A stretch of DNA of 64,000 nucleotides from Carcharhinus longimanus (taxonomy: Eukaryota), in the NCBI GenBank assembly GCA_030264375.1, contig JASCQW010000168.1:10781102-10845101 (forward strand). Reading direction: 5' to 3'. Position 1 is the stretch's first letter; each line of letters begins with the position of its first letter. Below are positions 41,991-54,671 of this stretch, piece by piece. Below the pieces are notes generated by a model. That model was not told the origin of the DNA, searched no databases, and saw only the letters and a program-made list of their open reading frames with translations. A program made the position numbers and the translations under genes.

Positions 41991-42384
41991 TTTTGTTTAA
42001 ATTGTGTCTCATTCTTCCTTTCAAAACGTATAGCTGCAATTGAGGCAAAAGGGCAATAAAAGGTTTTAAGTTAAACAAAATAATCAGACTAGTTTGAACT
42101 TTGAGTTTTTTCTCTCTCAATTCAAATTCCATTTTGAAAAGAGATATTTGTCTCAATGGGGGAAAAGGCATGGAGAATTAAATAGATACCCCCAAATAGG
42201 GATTGACAAAGGCGACCATACTGAAAACTCAACAGAAAGCTGTTAAATGACAAAACAGATGATGGAAAGACATAAGAACAATGAAGTATGGAAACAGTAA
42301 GGGGTAAGAAAACACGCAAGAGAAGAAAGATATAAAGAGAGAAGAAATCTATAAATGCAACAGATCTAAGATTTTAAAAATGAC

Positions 42385-42820
42385 CACTTGGGATTGAGGG
42401 TAATATAATGGCATAGATTTGAGAATTGGTTAACAAGACAGAAAATAGAATAGGAATGAACAGGTCTCTCAGACTGGCTGTCTGTGACTAATGGGGTACC
42501 ACAAAGATTAAAGTTTGGCCCCACCTAGTCACAATCTATATCAATGATTTGGATGTGGGATCAATCCTAATATTATTGTCGACGATTGAGTTGTGAGGAG
42601 GATAGAAAGGGGTTTCAAAAGGATTTAGAGAACCAGGAGACAGTCTCAGATCAAGAGGTACGCTATTCAAAGAGGAATTTCTTCATTCAGGGGCTGGTGA
42701 AGGCATCAAGGGATGTAGGAATGGTGCAGGACAATGGCAGAGATCAGCCACGATCTAGCTAAATGGCAGAGCAGGCTCAAGGGGCCAAATAACTTACTCT
42801 TACTCATATTTCCTAAATTC
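42385..42820 (+). mobile_element. Internally deleted CR1 fragment
   Basis: gtgactaatggggtaccacaaagatt, tcacaatctatatcaatgatttggatg, and tail gatcagccacgatc...gcagagcaggctcaaggggccaaat. Confidence 0.7.
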
Positions 42821-44057
42821 TTAAAGCAGAAAATGCTGCCAGTTCTGAAGAGAAATAACAAGCCAATACCACATCAAGAATCTGCTCACTGCTCTGGCTA
42901 CACTTGGTTCTTACAAGGAGTTTGCATTCCAAAGTCATTGTTTCTCTTATTTTTGTTTTGCTCTTTAAACAACATATACTGTGACCAGTATTGTTTGAAA
43001 TTCATCATGAATGGATGCATTAATTTCTAGCAACAACAATGAGTAACTGACATATAACTAATGGGCGAAGGAACTGCTTATTGTTTCCAAGGCAATATTG
43101 GATATTGCGATAGACTTGAAAGATTCATTGTTACTTTTGCTATGCCAAAGCAAATTTATCAGTTTAAGACTATAGTGGACAATATTATAACAAATAGGAG
43201 GAAGTACTGTTATCTACCTATATTTAAAGAAACTGTGCTGATAATTTAATTCACATTTATTTAACAATTGTGGCAACTGGAGGAAAAACATGTTATAAAC
43301 TTTTCCAAAATTGTCTATTACTTTTGGCCTGTACAAGATATTTGAGAGTAGTGTTCAAATACTGTTGTTTTTGGCTAGGATCTTCTAAGTTTTCTTCATG
43401 TCCACAGACTATAACTGACTATATTCAATGCTACATTTCTATTTTACAAAGTATAAACAGAATGCTGGCCTTTCAGATATCATCTTTTTAAGTCATGTAC
43501 AACTTTCTAATGCAGTACACCAAGCAAATACGTTGGAAAGCTACAGTCTGCTTATGCTCTTGGCTGGAGGTTTTGACGTGGTCCAATGAATCACCTTGTG
43601 CGACATCCTATGAACCAACAAGGCTGTTTACATGCCGTTCTATGTGCTGAATGGTTCAAACAGTTCAGTACACAGGAAATCATGCCTAAACTGCAGAGCC
43701 CATAACCTGAATTCTGTATTCATGGAGATACTGAAGGCCTAGACACAGTGCAAAGAAAAGCCACACAATACCTTTCCTTTAGTAATTTATCTTTGCTTTA
43801 ATTCACAAATCTTGCACACAAAAACACCAAGGGCAAAACAGACGCAAGCATCAAGCAGAGGATCGCTGCTTGACAGTCATCCCTATATTATAACTAAAAT
43901 CAGCTGACAGAAGAAGAATATCTCTAGCTTTGCAGTGGAACTGCAATAAAGTACATATCAAGCCAAGATAGTCAACCTGCCCAACCAGTAATTGTCTTGC
44001 TATTAATTCATTGAATACTTTTGTTCTGGCAATTATTGTATCTATATTTACAATTAT

Positions 44058-44125
44058 TAGAACATAGAACATAGAACATTACAGCGCAGAACAGGCCCTT
44101 CGGCCCACGATGTTGCGCCGACCAG
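44058..44125 (-). mobile_element. Young CR1 3' terminus beside a gap
   Basis: (agaacat)3 followed by tacagcgcagaacaggcccttcggcccacgatgttgcgccgacc. Confidence 0.75.
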
Positions 44126-46929
44126 TTTTTTTANNNNNNNNNNNNNNNNNNNNNNNNNNNNNNNNNNNNNNNNNNNNNNNNNNNNNNNNNNNNNNNNNNN
44201 NNNNNNNNNNNNNNNNNNNNNNNNNNNNNNNNNTAAACCAATCCCTTTTCGTCCATAAACCTATCCACAGATCTCTTAAACGCCCCCAAACTAGGCGCAT
44301 TTACAACTGCCCACTTGATGATTTATTAAATACCATGAATTACCACAAATTGATACGTGATGTATTCTGACAAACCTTAAGTACACCTCAGTATTTTCCA
44401 TGATACTTGGCTCATCTAACAATTTCAGGTGTTTATTATCAAACTGCGTTGAGGATCTTGAAACAAAACAAAAGCAAAATACTGCAGATACTGAAGATTT
44501 TGAACCCATTTGATGATTTTCCTCTTTTATTAAATCCTGTTGACCGAGTTTGAGAAGGTATATTGTGACAAAATTGTTGTAAAACAATAATAAATTCTCC
44601 TTACTTTCTGCAAGTATGGTTCTCTAGCCTGGCTTCCTTAGTTTGATTTGCATCCTTCATTGTTTAACCACCAGCCAAAAGCAATATATCTACTTTAAAC
44701 ACTGTCAGCTCACCAACTCAAAGCCTGATAACTTTAATTTATAACAAACAAGATTAATGGAAGTTTATCTTATTGCAGTGTCTACACAAAAGGTCTCTGA
44801 GGAAGCACTCTTGGCTCCACTCAGTTTCTCATCTTTAATGGCCTAAGATACCATCAGAAACCTTTTCTTTGCCGATGACGCTAACTTTTATCAAGAACTT
44901 GAATCCCGATCTGAAAGTAAGCAGCAGTAGAATAATTGCATGCTGAAATATAATAGCAGTTGTCAGCCGAATGGTGCATTACTTTAAAAAATCTTTTGAA
45001 AAAGATCACCAAGATGTTGCTCAATCATTTCTACTCTATAAAAACGTCAAGCTAAACATTCTGTAGTTCATATCAAACCTAAAATGAGGTAGGTTAGGGA
45101 TAAACAAATTGCAAAGATTATACGAAAAGCTATTGATAGATGACAGCATAGGAAAAACTGAATTGATGAAGGTCCCTTATTCTATTCTAGATTCTACTTC
45201 CTATGATTAAGCTCTTAATCCTGTAATAGACCATTGCTGCAATGGCATAACAGGAATCAAAAAGGGTAAAGCTAGAAACGTTGCTGCATTAGCCTCATGT
45301 TCATTAAGAACTGAATATTAACACAAAAGTTTTATTGCTTGTCTGTTCTAAAATAATGGACTCTAGTACTTATAAGGAAGCATGGAGGGTTGCAAACAGC
45401 AGGGAATGCAGAGAGGCCTGGAACACAGAGGCCTGACAAACTTAACAGTAGAACCTTATTCTAACCTTTTTCTTCCTTTCCCTGCATGGTAGTCAGCCAA
45501 GCTGACAGGCTGGCCAATTGTCAGATTAGAAAACAGTGACAATTGAGTGGAGGCTGTGGGAGAGGAGGCACATATCAATATCTTGAAGTATTCCTGTGCA
45601 CATAGTAATCATCGGAGCACATTCCAAGCGGCTGATCCTCATTATGGCTTGGTCATCTGCAAGCTGTACTTTCTAATAGAATGACCATTCTTATCAACAA
45701 ATTCCACTTGGGATTAAAATGAAATGGATAATCGGAAACTGTTGTATAATGCTCTGCAACATTTGGAAAGGAAAGAGTACCTGTTTCTTATAAAATTGAG
45801 TTATCAGTAATGCAGCACACTGGTTTGTCACTGTGGCACAGTTGGCTAAAACATGGGGAGCGTACTTGCAATTATCTGCAATTGTTTCGGAAACACAAGG
45901 AGGTTCACTGGGAGGTGCAAAAAGTAAAGGAGAATGCAGAGGACAGAAATTTTATTTCACTATAGAAAAGGTAAATGAGGCACATGCTTTTCAAATCAAA
46001 ATGTTGGTCAGTAACCTTCTCTCAACTACATTTTGCTAAAGCAATTACAATTTGCCTGAATTCCTAACATGAAAACTTGTTAACAAAATCTCAATTCATT
46101 TTGATAGGCTGTGGAATTCCAGATGAAGCTGACTACCCACTTACCCAAGAACTAGACTGTCAAGCATGTCACTAGAAGTGAAATCACGACTTTCCACCCA
46201 CGCAGCTCTCAACATAAATGTGGGCTGACTGGAGAAGCATAGAACACATTATTTCAATTTTATGACTCAAGCTAACTATCCAATTGGCATTTATTATACT
46301 TTACCGTTGATTTCTTTTGAACTAATATAGATTACCTTTTTCATTGTTCTCTACAATGGGAATGTTGTCCCATGATACAAAAATCATGAATGTGGCAGTC
46401 AGACTTACTTCTTTGGAGTGGCGAACATAAGCAGACAAAGCACTTGTAGTTTCAATAAATTGTTTCCCTAATTTAGATTTAGTTTCATTTCTCAGTAATA
46501 ATTCTGCATTTACTGTTAATCCAACAGCACAATAATGGTTGCTATTTTTAATATGCAGGGCCTTAAGACACTTGTTAGATTTTGAAGTATAATGGCAGCA
46601 GGCAATGCATAATGTCCAGATTGACTGGAACCAAGAAACTATAAAAGAGCAGATCCATTTTGACTTGTAGACTTGATTGAGAAAGGCCTGTGTCAGATCA
46701 CTGCAAACTATGTCAGTGACAATCTAGACCACTGACATCCCAACTATTCAGGATAAGGCTAGAGGAATAAACAATGCTCCAAGACAAGCTGTCACTTCAC
46801 TGAGTGCTAAACTGAGACCAAGAGTGACCACTAAGAATGGTAACAGACTCTAAACATTGAATTTAAAATTGCTTCCACTCAAGTTTTCAAATCCCAAGGT
46901 GAGGTTGAGCATCCTAGACAATTTTTTGC

Positions 46930-47260
46930 TTTTTATTCCTTCACTGGATGCGGGCATCTCTAGTTAGACTGGCCTTTATTACCTAATTTTAACTGCACTG
47001 AAGAAGGTGGTAATAAATTGCCTTCTTGAACCACTGTACTCTGTGCATAGATATATCCTCACTATTGTCAAGAGATCAGTTACAGGGTTTTGACCCAGCG
47101 AAACAAAAGGGACAGCGATATTACCCCAAGTCAGGATGGTGTGTGATTGGAGGGAAACTAAGTGATATTCCTATATTTCTGCTACCATTGCCTCTTCAGC
47201 TGGTAGAGGTTGTTGGCATAGAAAGTGCTATCTAAGGACCTTATAGGGTTACTACAGTGG
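46930..47260 (-). mobile_element. LINE 3' end (same family as 32235-32600)
   Basis: ggatgcgggcatctc...gaagaaggtgg...gccttcttgaaccactg...ttttgacccagcg...caagtcaggatggtgtgtg. Confidence 0.7.
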
Positions 47261-47261
47261 T

Positions 47262-48191
47262 GGAGCAGGCACGCATGCACAGGGGAGGGCACACGAGGCA
47301 GGGCACTGGATGCAGGGCCGGGGGAGGCGGCTGGGGTGGGGAGGGGGTTGGCAGGGTACGGTGGCGGAGTGAATCAGCGCCTCAACAATTGGAAATTTCT
47401 GCATTTCNNNNNNNNNNNNNNNNNNNNNNNNNNNNNNNNNNNNNNNNNNNNNNNNNNNNNNNNNNNNNNNNNNNNNNNNNNNNNNNNNNNNNNNNNNNNN
47501 NNNNNNNCGAGTGCAAGGGGGAGGGGGTGGGCGGGCACGAGCACGAGGGGGGAGGGGGGAGGGGGCGGGCAGGCACGAGCACGAGGGTGGAGGGGGTGGA
47601 TGCGAACGCGAGGGGGTGGGCGGGCGCGAGCGTGAGCACGAGGGGGGAGGTGGTGGGTGAGCGCAAGTGCAAGCAGGAAAGGGGTGGGTGGGTGAGCGCA
47701 AGTGCGAGCAGGAAAGGGGTGGGTGGGCGGGCGCGAGGGGGAGAGAGAAAGAGTGTGAGTTAATGTGGGAAAGACAATTTGAGCCGGCATGTGCATGCCT
47801 GAAAGTGCACGCATTTGAGAGAGAAAGAGAAAGAGAAAGAGAGTGTGTTTGTGTGTGGGCTGCCATGCACCAACGAACTCACCTACTCATGCCTTGGGTG
47901 AGGATGAGTTAATAACTACTCAGACTGACAGTGAGGTGAAAACAATTTGACCCTTTTGCATTCTAATTGTCACCTTTATTAATTATTCAATTTTGAATGA
48001 ATGATTTATTGCTTTGCTTTTGCTTTATTTTTGTTCAGTAAGTTGTTTCTTTTGTTCATGCCTCAGTGTCTTATTGAAATTCATGTTTAATGTTGTGCCA
48101 AAACTTATCTTTTCAAATTTTCCTCACCAGCCCCTTGAGTGAGAAAAAAACTGAAATGTGACCCCTCACATGGAAAGGTTGGGCAAACCTG
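47262..48191. mobile_element. GC/CpG-rich insertion with a G-rich minisatellite and a hAT-like right terminus
   Basis: Degenerate tandem units gcacgagcacgagggg... at 47510-47745, a (ga/gaaa)n run, and a right end aaaggttgggcaaacctg resembling hAT/Charlie TIRs. No left TIR found. Confidence 0.4.
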
Positions 48192-48461
48192 GTCCAGTAC
48201 TATACCTAATGGCAGCTACTGAACAGGAAAGCCACACATCCAACCTTTACATGTGCACAAAATAAACTCCAGCACTGCTTTCTGCAGAAAATAAGAAAAT
48301 CATTTTGATCACAGTTCCTCCCGAGGTGATGTTGTCACCTCATTTATCTTATTACAAACACTACAAGGCTGTGGGAGTTGCAGCACAATAAACATAGAAT
48401 AAGCAACTTTAGCTAGAAGCAGATCATCTTTCTTAGTTGAACGAGAATTGGAAATAATCTA

Positions 48462-48674
<213 letters not shown>

Positions 48675-50109
48675 TCATCCTCATTATGCGCTGAGCAAGT
48701 TGTCATAGACTGTTTTGTAATCATGAATAGAATGTACATCTGCACACACATTCTAAAGGTTAAACCAGTGGCAGTAAGCATAATGGTCAACTTGTATTAC
48801 TTATGTTTAGTACCATAATATTGATCATATTTACTTTATATCAAGCTTTTTATACAATGCGCATTCTGCAATGCTGACATTCGTGCAACCTTGCTGTCCA
48901 AAAATTGGCTGCTGTATTTACTGATCTAACAACAGTAACTGTATCTAATTGGCCATGAAAGGCACTATACAAATGCAAATTCTCATTTTCATTAAATTGG
49001 GTACGAGAAACAGACCACCTTTGTATGATCTTTTAATAGTTTCACTTCATGATCCAACAAATATGGAAAATACTGTAAACATATCCTGTTAACAGAAGAA
49101 AATTTCTTTGAAAAATAAAACAATTCCATGCCCACTTTCGCCATCTCAGTACAGAAAGGAATAAGTAAGACGGGCATGAAGGGAATACACAAGGGTGAAT
49201 AAATTTGATTTCACATTTGGATTTGGACGAAGGTTTTACACTGACCAAAGCCAAGACTGGCTACGATTTACACAAAATGAATTTCAACCGTAGAAATCAA
49301 ATTCCTAGGAAATGCGCAAAGACTCCTTACATTTCTGAGGCAAAGTCTTGGCCGATGGAGACTATGCATTTCAGAGTACAAAGGATCCTGAAACTTCCAG
49401 CAAACTTATTAGATGAGAAAGAGCAGAACCAAAGCTCTGCTCAGGTTTAAATTACCTGACCTTCAGCTGCAGTGTCTCTACTGGAACTTCTGCATTTGTG
49501 TCTACTACAAAACTATTTATCTCTACAAGCTTCTCTCATAGGGAAGTCAGCACTACTGGAAAAGTGGATGACCCCAAATCAGCTTCAGCCAGCCAACCTA
49601 ACCTTCTGAAGGAATATACCATTGGACTTTTGATTATGGTCTCTGGACTCATGTGAAAAAATAATTTTTATTTTGTCTCAGGTCTTTGCCCTGTTCCTCT
49701 TTCTTTCCCTTACCCCTCCTTTTCACTGCACGAATGCAAAAAGGGGATGTTGCGAACCCTCTTCCACATTTTGAGTGTATGTAAAGTAAATTAAACCTCT
49801 AATCTTAACGCTCCCTGGAGATTGCTGTTGGGTTAGGAGGATTTGATCACTGCAAAACTGAAAGATTGGAGGAAAATGCACCACCCGCATATAAAGGGAA
49901 ACTGAAAAAAAAACCCGTTCATTTATGGGTGGTGAGAGAAGAAATCAAGGCTGTTTTAAATTAAACTCCTTCTTCACCGAAACAGTATCTATCTTTCCAA
50001 CAAATTGAGAGAAAGACCATTAAGTGTGGAGTGTAGGAAGGCTGGTTGAAGGAAATTTGTGGAAGACAGTTTAGGAATTTGAAACTGCTGATAAAATAGG
50101 GAATGGGAG

Positions 50110-50429
50110 TTTTTTTTTAAACTTTATTCCAATCCAACCCAATCAAATCCAATCCAATCCAGAGTCCCAACAAGTTGGGACATTCCCAATCCAAGCTGAC
50201 AAGACAGGGCTCTCACCCCCTGTCTTGGGCTTTATCTACATGACCCAAGCTGATTGGAGTAGGTATAGTTCCTCCTCCAAGACTTGATCTCATTTGCATC
50301 TTAGCCAGAAGGCCGAGGTGCCGCTTGAAAAAATTGCTTCAGATGAAGCTAAAATGTAACCCAATGACTTCAACCAAGTACAGCACGTCGATACTACACT
50401 TGATCTTAGCTGAAAGGCCAAGAAGCAAT
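50110..50429 (-). mobile_element. U2-snRNA-headed short retroposon (SINEU-like or non-autonomous U2-targeting element)
   Basis: Minus strand begins ATTGCTTCTTGGCCTTTCAGCTAAGATCAAGTGTAGTATC (36/40 identical to U2 nt 1-40). A second U2-like segment lies at 50282-50317, followed by hairpins, (GGATT)n, AATAAA and an A9 tail. Confidence 0.8.
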
Positions 50430-51307
50430 TCCTAGGTGAGTTGGTCCCCAAGAGCTTGGCCAGATGGGGCTGTCATGGTCACTGCCTCTCCTCTTAGTGA
50501 ACTTGCTGGTTTAGAAAAGATGGTATGGGTTGGTTCCTATGACAGCAAGGCTGTACTGCACAAAAAAAACAAATCTCAATACAACCTCCGTATTTCAGAA
50601 TAGTGGAAGCTATTTTTGAGGCCAACAACTGTTTGCCCGCTCCTTTGTACAGTCTCCTAACTGGAGTCATGAGCAATGCCTGGAGCACTTGACCCTTGTC
50701 AACCTATAGCCACCCTGGATCTTGACAGCCTCATTGAAATAATAGCAACACAGAGGACTTGCACAGAATGAAAGAGTTATGACTGTCCACAGGATAGTGG
50801 GCACAAACCTGCAAGACGTGTGGCCCGCAGCTGCAAACGAATTTTATTCTGAAGGTATGGAATCCCCTCAAACTGATAAGTAGTCTGGCCTATTGATGGG
50901 GGGGGAATATATAGGACAGTGTACATGCAGTCAATGGCATTTTACAAGGTGAAGTATGCAACAATTTTATGTCCTCTCATAGTATTCTCTGCCTGATAGT
51001 CAAAGACAGTATTTTCTCTACCCCGATTTGAAACTGGGAGTTATGGCTGCAGTAGCTCAGTAACAGCCTCCTTGCGAAAGTGAAGCTATTTCATACATTG
51101 CTCCTCTGCCAAGCTGAAGCTGGAGAAGTGATCTTTGAAGACCATCTGTGCATATGGTTTCCTGTTCATGCCCTTCTCTTCTGGCAGCTTCCCCCGCTCT
51201 GTGTCGTCTTCCTTGCCAATCCCCACTGTACTCGATATTAAAAGGCAGCATTACCAGGCCACCCACATATAGACAGAGAAACAAATGACGGCAGATGTTG
51301 AAAATAT

Positions 51308-51440
51308 CAAATAAAAACAAATGCTGGAAGCACTCGGCAGGTCTGGCAGCATCTGTAGAGAGAAAAATTTAACTTCTGACACACCTAGAACATTAACTCT
51401 GATTCTTGCTCCACTAATGCTGCTGGACCTGCTGAGCATT
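51308..51440. repeat. Short element with inverted ends (probably a Penelope-derived non-autonomous family)
   Basis: aaatgctggaagcactcggcaggtctggcagcatctgtagagag ... ctccactaatgctgctggacctgctgagcatt; the arms are reverse complements. Confidence 0.65.
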
Positions 51441-51739
51441 GTACCCTTAAAACAACAACAGCTGTGCGAAAGCAGCCAAATTCCTCTCCGTGCAGACAAA
51501 GTAAACTTTGGAGAGTGCTAAAACAAAGCAGAAGTGGTCAAAAGTCAAACAGCAATTAGCTTTCATGATCTCTTTAAATAGTGCTGGTGAGAAGGGCTTC
51601 ACATCCGTTAGTGTCCCACTGTGCGAAACAAAGTCAGCAGCACATGGTGGTTGAATCGTTAGGCAGGCTGATATGCTAAGCTGGTCCCGCAAATGACGAA
51701 GGAGTCTGATCTGCATAATTTGTTCCTCTAAGTAATAAC

Positions 51740-52715
51740 TGGTTGTTTTTCAAACTGGAGAAAGATTTACAGTGGAGGCTTCCAGGGATCACTGTTGGGG
51801 CCCATGCTCTGACGTTCAGGGCATGATTTCAAAATTTGAAAATGATAAGATGATTGGAAGCTGTGACAAAGATAGTCTCGAATTTCAATAGGACATAGGC
51901 CTATTGGTGGATTGGGCAGAAAAGTGGCAGATGAAATTCTTTGCAGAAATATGAGAGGCGATTCATTTTGGCAGAAGGACTTTGGTGAGACAGCATGAAA
52001 TCAATGGAGAAACTCAAAGAGATGTAGGAAAAGAGGGACTTTTGTGCACATTTACTTCAGTCATTGAAGATGGCAAGGCATGTTGAGAGGGCAATCAATA
52101 AATCATGTGGTGTCTTAGGCTATATTAAAAGGGGCACTGAGTACAAACGTAAGATCATGTTGCAATTGTACATGACACTAGTTGGGCCTCTCCTGGGGTA
52201 TTCTGTCCAGTTCTAGGCAGCATATTTCAGGAAGAATGTGGAGGCACTAGATAGTGTACACAAGAGATTCGTAAGAATGATTCCACAGAGGAAGAACTGA
52301 AACTGAGAATAGATTGGGGAGCCTGTTTTCCTTGAAGAAGAGGAGGCTGAAAGGAGGCTTGAGAGAGGTGTTAAGTTCCTAAGACATATGGACAGGATAG
52401 TGAGAAACTGTTTCCACTGGAGAGCATCAAGGACTAGACTGTCAAACTAATTGGCAAAAGGAGTTAAAGTGACAAGGCTTTTTTTTAAAAACATCAAGAG
52501 GGTGGTTGGAGAAGAGAATGAAATTCCTGAGAGTGGTGGAGATAGATTCGATATAGAGCTGTTCAGAAGGGAATTGGACTGCTGTCTGAAAAGACGGAAC
52601 ATGCAAGATTACAGGGATAAGGCAGGCCGGGGGGATTAGGCAGGAGTCAGAGAGCCAATGCAGACTTGATGGGCCAAATGGCCTCGTTTTACATTGTAAA
52701 AGTTGTGATTCTATG
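51740..52715 (+). mobile_element. Decayed CR1 ORF2 3' half and tail
   Basis: agtggaggcttccagggatcactgttggg, tgggcagaaaagtggcagatgaaatt, gtattctgtccagttc, and tail gcagacttgatgggccaaatggcctc. Confidence 0.85.
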
Positions 52716-53412
52716 AAGTCCTTTCAGTGAATACAACCATCTTCTCCCAAAGTGATGAAAAGATCCACATCTGCCAGCTGTATGTTGGCAAAAAATGTTG
52801 CTCACGCTATGTTATTCCCTTTCGCATTAGAGAGAGTATTAGAACAGAAATTCTTCTTTAGAATTTATCCTCCATCAATGACAATGGCATCTGGCATGGC
52901 ACAATTTTTTTTTTGGTATACAGGATCCCAGAAGTTCTAGCTTTTATTCACCATTCTGTTATTGTTAAAGTTCATTTTTCAATCATTAGGCGCTTAAAAG
53001 ATGAAAGAGGTCAGTATCCTCCTGATAACTCATTAGACAATCAGCCATTTCCTCCAACCTTGAATGTCACGAGGTAAAACTAACTTACTGGCAAAAATTC
53101 ATCTGTTCACCTTCCCAATCCAGCAGTGTGAATAAGAATTTTTTTATTCTTCCTGTCATATTTGTTACTTAATCTTCTGATCGTCATTTACAAAAATGTA
53201 TGATTTTGGCCACAGAAATGAATGCAAGTTACAAACATTATTCAATTTTCAGTAAAGGAATAGTCACTTTTATTCATTTTAGCACATGGTGCCTATTATG
53301 CTGCACTACTGAGTAGTCACACAAGTGTTTTTATCTACCCTCCACTCGACTTAATTCTTCACATCTTACAGAAATTGGAAACTTAATCAGAACGGTGACC
53401 TGTTTAATTAAT

Positions 53413-53470
53413 ATGATGTGGAGATGCTGGCATTGGACTGGGGTGGGCATAGTAAGAAGTCTCACAACAC
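53413..53470. mobile_element. Start of a Penelope-type element (same as 35082), truncated by a gap
   Basis: atgatgtggagatgctggcattggactggggtgggcatagtaagaagtctcacaacac. Confidence 0.75.
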
Positions 53471-53929
53471 NNNNNNNNNNNNNNNNNNNNNNNNNNNNNN
53501 NNNNNNNNNNNNNNNNNNNNNNNNNNNNNNNNNNNNNNNNNNNNNNNNNNNNNNNNNNNNNNNNNNNNNNCAGTTCACCAGATTCTCTATCTCATTCCTG
53601 TACCCCATCTCAACTGTTTTAGATCCAATCAAACTTGAGAATCGAGTATAGTCCAAATTGGATGACCTTCTATTTACTGCATTAAAATCCGCTCATCAAT
53701 TTTGTCCATTTGCTCAATCTTTTAATTCCTTTGTAATTTTATGCTTGCGTCTGCCCTGCTTGATATGCCACCAATTTGTTGTCTTGACAAACTTGGACAT
53801 CTGGCTTTTGACAGAGAAACAATCTTCCCTCATTGTAAGGTCGGAGTGGGGGTTGTCCACTGGTGATCCTACCCTGCTCAGCCCAAATTCTCTTGCAACT
53901 CCAATGATGGAGCACAGCAGAGCGTGGTC

Positions 53930-54235
53930 AACCATAGAACGCATTCTTTCCTGATGTATCACAGCTTGGTATGAATCCTGCTCTGACCAAGGCTGCAAGA
54001 AACTACAAAACGTTGTGAGCATAGCCCAGTCCATCACGCAAACCAGCCTCCCATCCATTGAACTCAACTACACTTCCCTCTGCCTCAGAAAAGCAACCAG
54101 AATAATTAAGGATCCCACACACCCTGGACATACTCTCTGCCACCTTCTTCCAATGGGAAAAAGGTACAAAAGGCCGAGATCACATATCAATCAATTCAAG
54201 AAGAGCCTTTTCCCTGCTGCCAATAGGCCTGTGCA
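53930..54235 (+). mobile_element. Rex1/Babar-like LINE C-terminal fragment
   Basis: ITAWY...KKLQNVVSIAQSITQTSLPSI...RKATRIIKDPTHPGHTLCHLLP...KKSLFP. Confidence 0.75.
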
Positions 54236-54671
54236 AATATGATACCTGCCACTTAATTGCTGGACAATGACTATCACAGAGAGAAGGATCTCACTGCTGC
54301 CCTCTAGCCTTCAACAGAGACATCAACACACTACAAGGGGAGAGGTGGTGGAGGGAGTGGGAGAGTTAGTGGAAGGGTGGGGGAAGTTACCATTGAACAG
54401 AAAGTTAATTGGAATGGCTATTAACATCATGGCTATGAGGATAGAGGCTATGAGGACAGATCTTGTGCCTTGTGAGAACAGACTCACTTCTTGACCCCTA
54501 AAAGCCTGCTGATAAACCACAAGAGTATCAGGAATGTGGTGGAATGCTCAGAACCAGTGAGAATGGAAGCAGCTTAAGTAATTCTCAAAATGTTCAGCAT
54601 CAGTCAAGTCTGTAAACTATTTGGCTGGTCACCCTGCCACTAGATGCTACATCCATTCTCTCTAACATTGC

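Noticed and set aside
48992-49254. Minus-strand ORFs just upstream of the 79-bp ADK exon as a possible further exon
   Set aside because: The translation does not resemble the expected upstream ADK peptide (KYSLKPNDQILAE-like). That exon was not found in the window and presumably lies beyond 64000.
50390-50429. Functional U2 snRNA gene
   Set aside because: Only nt 1-40 are present, with no Sm site or 3' stem-loops, and unrelated sequence plus a poly(A) tail follow.
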